64,000 nt of DNA from Candidatus Eiseniibacteriota bacterium (GTDB lineage: Bacteria; Eisenbacteria; RBG-16-71-46). The first letter of the stretch is position 1. Each line of letters begins with the position of its first letter. The stretch covers positions 39,448-103,447 of the forward strand of contig JBGPFC010000010.1 in NCBI GenBank assembly GCA_041483195.1. Reading direction: 5' to 3'. Under the pieces are notes generated by a model, which saw only the letters and a program-made list of their open reading frames with translations, searched no databases and was not told the DNA's origin. Below are positions 60,644 through 64,000 of the stretch, piece by piece. Made by a program: the position numbers and the translations under genes.

Positions 60644-60957
60644 GATGAAGCCTCCCCTTGAGAAATGACTCGGGCGAGCGCCGAACAAGCGGCCATGAGG
60701 AGCGGAGGCGGTGCGCGGAGGCGGCGGCGGCCGGTCGCAGATCGTTATCGGCCCGGCCGGGCGGACAATTGAGCCCGATCGCCGCGGCCGGTCGGCGAGG
60801 CCCTCAATCTTCGGCGGACACTCCCGGGTCCGTTCGCGTTATGCTCCGTGGAAGCTCGGAATGCCGGGGGACATCGGCGTTCGAAACTTCGGAGCGGCCC
60901 CTCCGCGCAGGCCGGGGGCCATCGATGGTCACGCGTTCCTACGGGGAGGACCAGGGC

Positions 60958-61893
60958 ATGATTGGATTCGGCTCGAAGCTTCGACTCTGCACTTCACTCC
61001 TGCTGGTCGCAGTCGGGGCGGCGGCCAGCTCCGTGGCCTCCGCGGCGGATGAGAAGGAGACCAAGATTCCGGTCTGCGACAAGAAGATCGGCACGCTGGC
61101 GGTGGTCGAGCCCGAAACGAAGTGGTGGATCCAATACAACCTGGAATCTCCCGAAGCCCTGATCAAGGTGTTCGTCGCCGACAGCAAGTGCTTCACCCTC
61201 GTGGATCGCGGCAAGGGGCTGGCGGCCGCGCAGCAGGAGCGCGCGCTCGCTTCGGGCGGAGAGATGCGCGTGGGTTCGAACCTCGGCAAGGGCCAGATGA
61301 AGGCCGCGGACTACGTGCTGGTGCCGGACATCGCGAACAAGAACGCGAACTCAGGCGGCAAGCGGATCGGCGCGGCCCTGGGCGGATTGATGGGCGGCAA
61401 GGCGGGCATGGTGTTGGGCGGGGTCAGCCTCAAGAGCAAGACCGCCGACGTGGTGCTCACGCTGACGGACGTGCGTTCGACCGAGCAGGTCGCCGTCGTG
61501 CAGGGTCATGCGAAGAAGACCGATCTGGGCTGGGGCGCCGGAGGCGGGGCGTTCTTCGGTGGATTCGCGGCCGCGGGTGCGAGCAGCTACGCCAACACCG
61601 AGATCGGCCAGGTCGTGGCCATGGCCTATCTCGACGCGTACAAGAAGCTCCTCGAGGAGGTCCAGAAGAACACGCCGGACGCCAAGGCCGACAACGTCTC
61701 TCAGTCGGTGACCATGGCGAAGCCGGGCCGCATGTACGAGCAGCCCGACTTGAAATCCACCGTGGTGCGCGATCTCGACCCCGGGATGATGCTGTATCCG
61801 ACCGGGGAGAAGCAGGGGATCTGGTGGAAGGTCACCGACGAGCTCGGCAACGCGGGCTGGGCGCCATCGGCCCTGTTCAACCTGGCGAAGTAG
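60958..61893 (+). CDS. CsgG/HfaB-family exported protein with C-terminal SH3-like domain
   Basis: GGAGGA RBS; signal peptide; SKCFTLVDRG, GKGQMKAADY and YANTEIGQ motifs; tail GIWWKV...GWAP. Confidence 0.8.
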   Translation: MIGFGSKLRLCTSLLLVAVGAAASSVASAADEKETKIPVCDKKIGTLAVVEPETKWWIQYNLESPEALIKVFVADSKCFTLVDRGKGLAAAQQERALASGGEMRVGSNLGKGQMKAADYVLVPDIANKNANSGGKRIGAALGGLMGGKAGMVLGGVSLKSKTADVVLTLTDVRSTEQVAVVQGHAKKTDLGWGAGGGAFFGGFAAAGASSYANTEIGQVVAMAYLDAYKKLLEEVQKNTPDAKADNVSQSVTMAKPGRMYEQPDLKSTVVRDLDPGMMLYPTGEKQGIWWKVTDELGNAGWAPSALFNLAK

Positions 61894-61935
61894 CGGAGAC
61901 CCGGTCGACGGGGTGAGCGCCGATGCACGTGGCGA

Positions 61936-63057
61936 CTACACCTTCTGCAGCGCCACCCCGTCGCCGTAGGCGCCGAACAGCTTGCCCCACGGCGTCTTCA
62001 TGATCTCCCGCACGCGCTTCCTGCCGTTCACCGGGAACCAGAACCCGTCGTGGTAGAGCCGCGATGCGAAGTACGACCACGGCACGATCGGCGAGCGCAG
62101 CAGCAGGTTCTCGAGCGGCTTGAGCGGGCCCCAGTAAATGAGCTTCTGCCCGCGCGAGGCGAGCGTGTTCTCGTTGAGGCTCCCGCGGAATCCGAAGTTC
62201 ACGTTCTTGATATCGTCGCCCACGATCTCGATCTCCGACGGATTGCCGACGCCCAGCCCGTTCTCGTGCGCGAGCCGGATGAACTTGAGATCAGCCATCG
62301 GGTCGAAGCCCATCATCTTCGCGGCGATCGCGTCGATCGCAACGCAGTCGTCGGATGCGAGAATGTAGTTCTTGATGTGCGGGCGCATGCAGCGCGGGCC
62401 CGGCCCGTCCCCCGCGATGGTTCCGTCCATCACCGCGAAGATGCCGGGGTGGATCTCCTTCTGGATCCGCAGCAGATCCACCAGCGTCTCGTGGATCACC
62501 GAGTGCGTCCAGTGGCGGTTCAGGTTCAGCAGCCCGCCGAACGCGTTCTTCATCGAGCCGGTGGTGCCGGTGAAGATATGCGTCTTCACGGTCGGCATGT
62601 GGATCACGTTGCGCCCGATCAGCGCCTTCGGGATCTGGATGCCCTGCTTCTCGAACACGCGGTCGAGCACCAGCAGCTTGCCCTTGGGCTGGTAGCGCAC
62701 CCACTCGGTGGGCGGCTCGCTCAGGTACTGGATCGGCACCTTGTAGCGGTCGAGCACCGGCTGGAGATGGTTGTTCACGGCGCCCTCGCGGCAGCTCACC
62801 ACCACCGTGTCGTTCTGCGCGGCGATCAGGTCGCGCGAGACGTTGTAGTTGTCGCGCTTCAGCTTCTCGATCACGCCGTGCATCTGCCAGGGCGTGGTCG
62901 AGCACGCCGGCATGTAGACGTGCCACGAGATATTGATGCGCAGGCAGGTCTGCTTGTCGAACGGCAGGGCCGCGCGGTAACCGGCCAAGTCCATCAGGCG
63001 GCCGTAGTCTTCGACGACGGTCTCGGGCGAGGTGCGTAGAACGGCGACTTTCGACAT
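61936..63057 (-). CDS. DUF362-domain protein (putative Fe-S associated)
   Basis: INISW...PACSTTPWQ, PTVKTH...TGSMKNAFG, MDGTIAGDGPGP and DCVAIDA motifs; extended -10 TGCTAGAAT at about 63120-63128. Confidence 0.85.
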   Translation of the reverse strand: MSKVAVLRTSPETVVEDYGRLMDLAGYRAALPFDKQTCLRINISWHVYMPACSTTPWQMHGVIEKLKRDNYNVSRDLIAAQNDTVVVSCREGAVNNHLQPVLDRYKVPIQYLSEPPTEWVRYQPKGKLLVLDRVFEKQGIQIPKALIGRNVIHMPTVKTHIFTGTTGSMKNAFGGLLNLNRHWTHSVIHETLVDLLRIQKEIHPGIFAVMDGTIAGDGPGPRCMRPHIKNYILASDDCVAIDAIAAKMMGFDPMADLKFIRLAHENGLGVGNPSEIEIVGDDIKNVNFGFRGSLNENTLASRGQKLIYWGPLKPLENLLLRSPIVPWSYFASRLYHDGFWFPVNGRKRVREIMKTPWGKLFGAYGDGVALQKV

Positions 63058-63183
63058 GAAGGGTCCTCGGAAGGGGTGCCCGCCCCGCGGGGGACGGGCG
63101 TTCGCGCGTGCGGGCGCGCATTCTAGCAGATTCCCGGGGCCGGCTTCACGCGCGGCCGCGCCTCCGTTATCGGCCGGCGGCGG

Positions 63184-63711
63184 CTACTTCTTCGTCGTCT
63201 CGCAGCCCTTCTTCAGCGCGGCCATGTTCTGCGCCATGCTGGTTTCCATCTTCAGCGCGGTGGCATCCATGTCCCTGGGCGAGCTCTCGTCGGTGTACTG
63301 CTCCCAGTACTCCACCCGGGTGCCCGTCGCGGTGGGGGCGAGGATGAGCTTGGCCTGGCACATGTAGTCGCCCTTGTTGGGCTCGTGCGCGACGCGCAGC
63401 TCCTTGTCCTTCACCAGGTAGGTCACGATCGAGCTGCCGCCGTTGCCGAACTCGTCGGAGTAGTCGAGCACGTCGCCGACCTTCGTCAGGTTCACCGAAG
63501 CGTTTCTCGTGCTCTTCCACTCCGGGCACCATGTCACCAGGTTCTTTCCCGTCGTGATCTCGGACCAGACGGCCGACGGTGGCGCCATGACTTCGGTCGA
63601 CGCGAAGAGCCGCATGACCGGAACCTGCGCGTGCTTCGCGGATGCGACGCCGCACAGGGACACGACCGCGAGACTGAGGAGCGCTGCGCCCGCTCCGACG
63701 TTGCCACGCAT
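63184..63711 (-). CDS. Exported SRPBCC/START-like domain protein
   Basis: AAAGGAG RBS; signal peptide; APPSAVWSEIT...W.P motif; C-terminal helix MAALKK. Confidence 0.75.
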   Translation of the reverse strand: MRGNVGAGAALLSLAVVSLCGVASAKHAQVPVMRLFASTEVMAPPSAVWSEITTGKNLVTWCPEWKSTRNASVNLTKVGDVLDYSDEFGNGGSSIVTYLVKDKELRVAHEPNKGDYMCQAKLILAPTATGTRVEYWEQYTDESSPRDMDATALKMETSMAQNMAALKKGCETTKK

Positions 63712-63866
63712 ACACTTCACTCCTTTCCTCAAGTACGCCCGCCTTCCATGAGGCGGGCCTTCAGACATCGAGGGCGGCGGGCCGCGGGTGCGGCCGGCCG
63801 TGGACCGGGGCGCCACTCTAGCGCCGCGCGTGTCGGGAGTGCGAGCGGGAAATGGAAAGTGTGGGA

Positions 63867-64000
63867 CGTCAGTGAAAATGTCACCCCGTAACGCGTCTGT
63901 GAAAATGTCCCCCCCATGGACCTCATACTCATGGGCAACCGGGACGCCCGGCGGCTGGGTGTGGTGCAAGCCGCAGTGCAGGGACGGATCACGAATCGCG
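63867..64000 (+). mobile_element. Left end of an IS1202/ISNCY(IS481-like) insertion sequence, truncated by the window edge
   Basis: Tandem 21-bp repeats cgtc(a/t)gtgaaaatgtc(a/c)cccc at 63867-63887 and 63894-63914, then ATG 63916 encoding MDLILMGNRDARRLGVVQAAVQGRITNR. Confidence 0.7.

Noticed and set aside
60845..60957. Hairpin-rich leader upstream of the CsgG-like gene, with a stem (tggtc/gacca) near the RBS
   Set aside because: Short stems in GC-rich DNA with no recognisable riboswitch motif; insufficient evidence
60958..61893. Curli secretion system
   Set aside because: A stand-alone CsgG-like gene with no csgA/B/E/F neighbours

Overview
A very GC-rich bacterial chromosomal segment from a diderm organism. 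LptD, a TonB-dependent receptor, a PorX-like regulator and FlgD-Ig/T9SS-like C-terminal domains suggest an FCB-related lineage such as Ca. Eisenbacteria (inference). About 60 genes are present. A long minus-strand housekeeping run (tgt-yajC-def-fmt-rsmB-PASTA-rpe, ffh-rpsP, serS-HK-porX-tsaE-tsaB/rimI-accD-folC-lptD) is flanked by accessory loci: hydantoinase/oxoprolinase A/B, cystathionine beta-synthase and gamma-lyase, an ECF sigma/anti-sigma/Spy unit, a PA2779-C39 peptidase-TPR unit, a propionyl/methylmalonyl-CoA operon and several secreted proteins. The left end of an IS1202/ISNCY-like element lies at the right edge. The top finding is missed by the ORF track. The gene at 17119..18471 (-) has an in-frame TGA in a P-C-G-(U) motif, followed by a SECIS-like hairpin. 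It predicts an exported 450-aa selenoprotein that fuses a degenerate UshA/5'-nucleotidase-like domain to a four-CxxCH cytochrome. It lies between CBS/CGL genes and a divergent membrane-anchored rhodanese + MauE/DoxX pair, which suggests a periplasmic sulfur/selenium redox module. Other notable items are a Cyc2-like monoheme-porin fusion, a ubiquitin-like small protein, an ECF sigma with no canonical start codon, a MITE-like palindrome and candidate structured leaders. No rRNA, tRNA or CRISPR array was seen. All family assignments come from motif recognition by eye; no searches were run.
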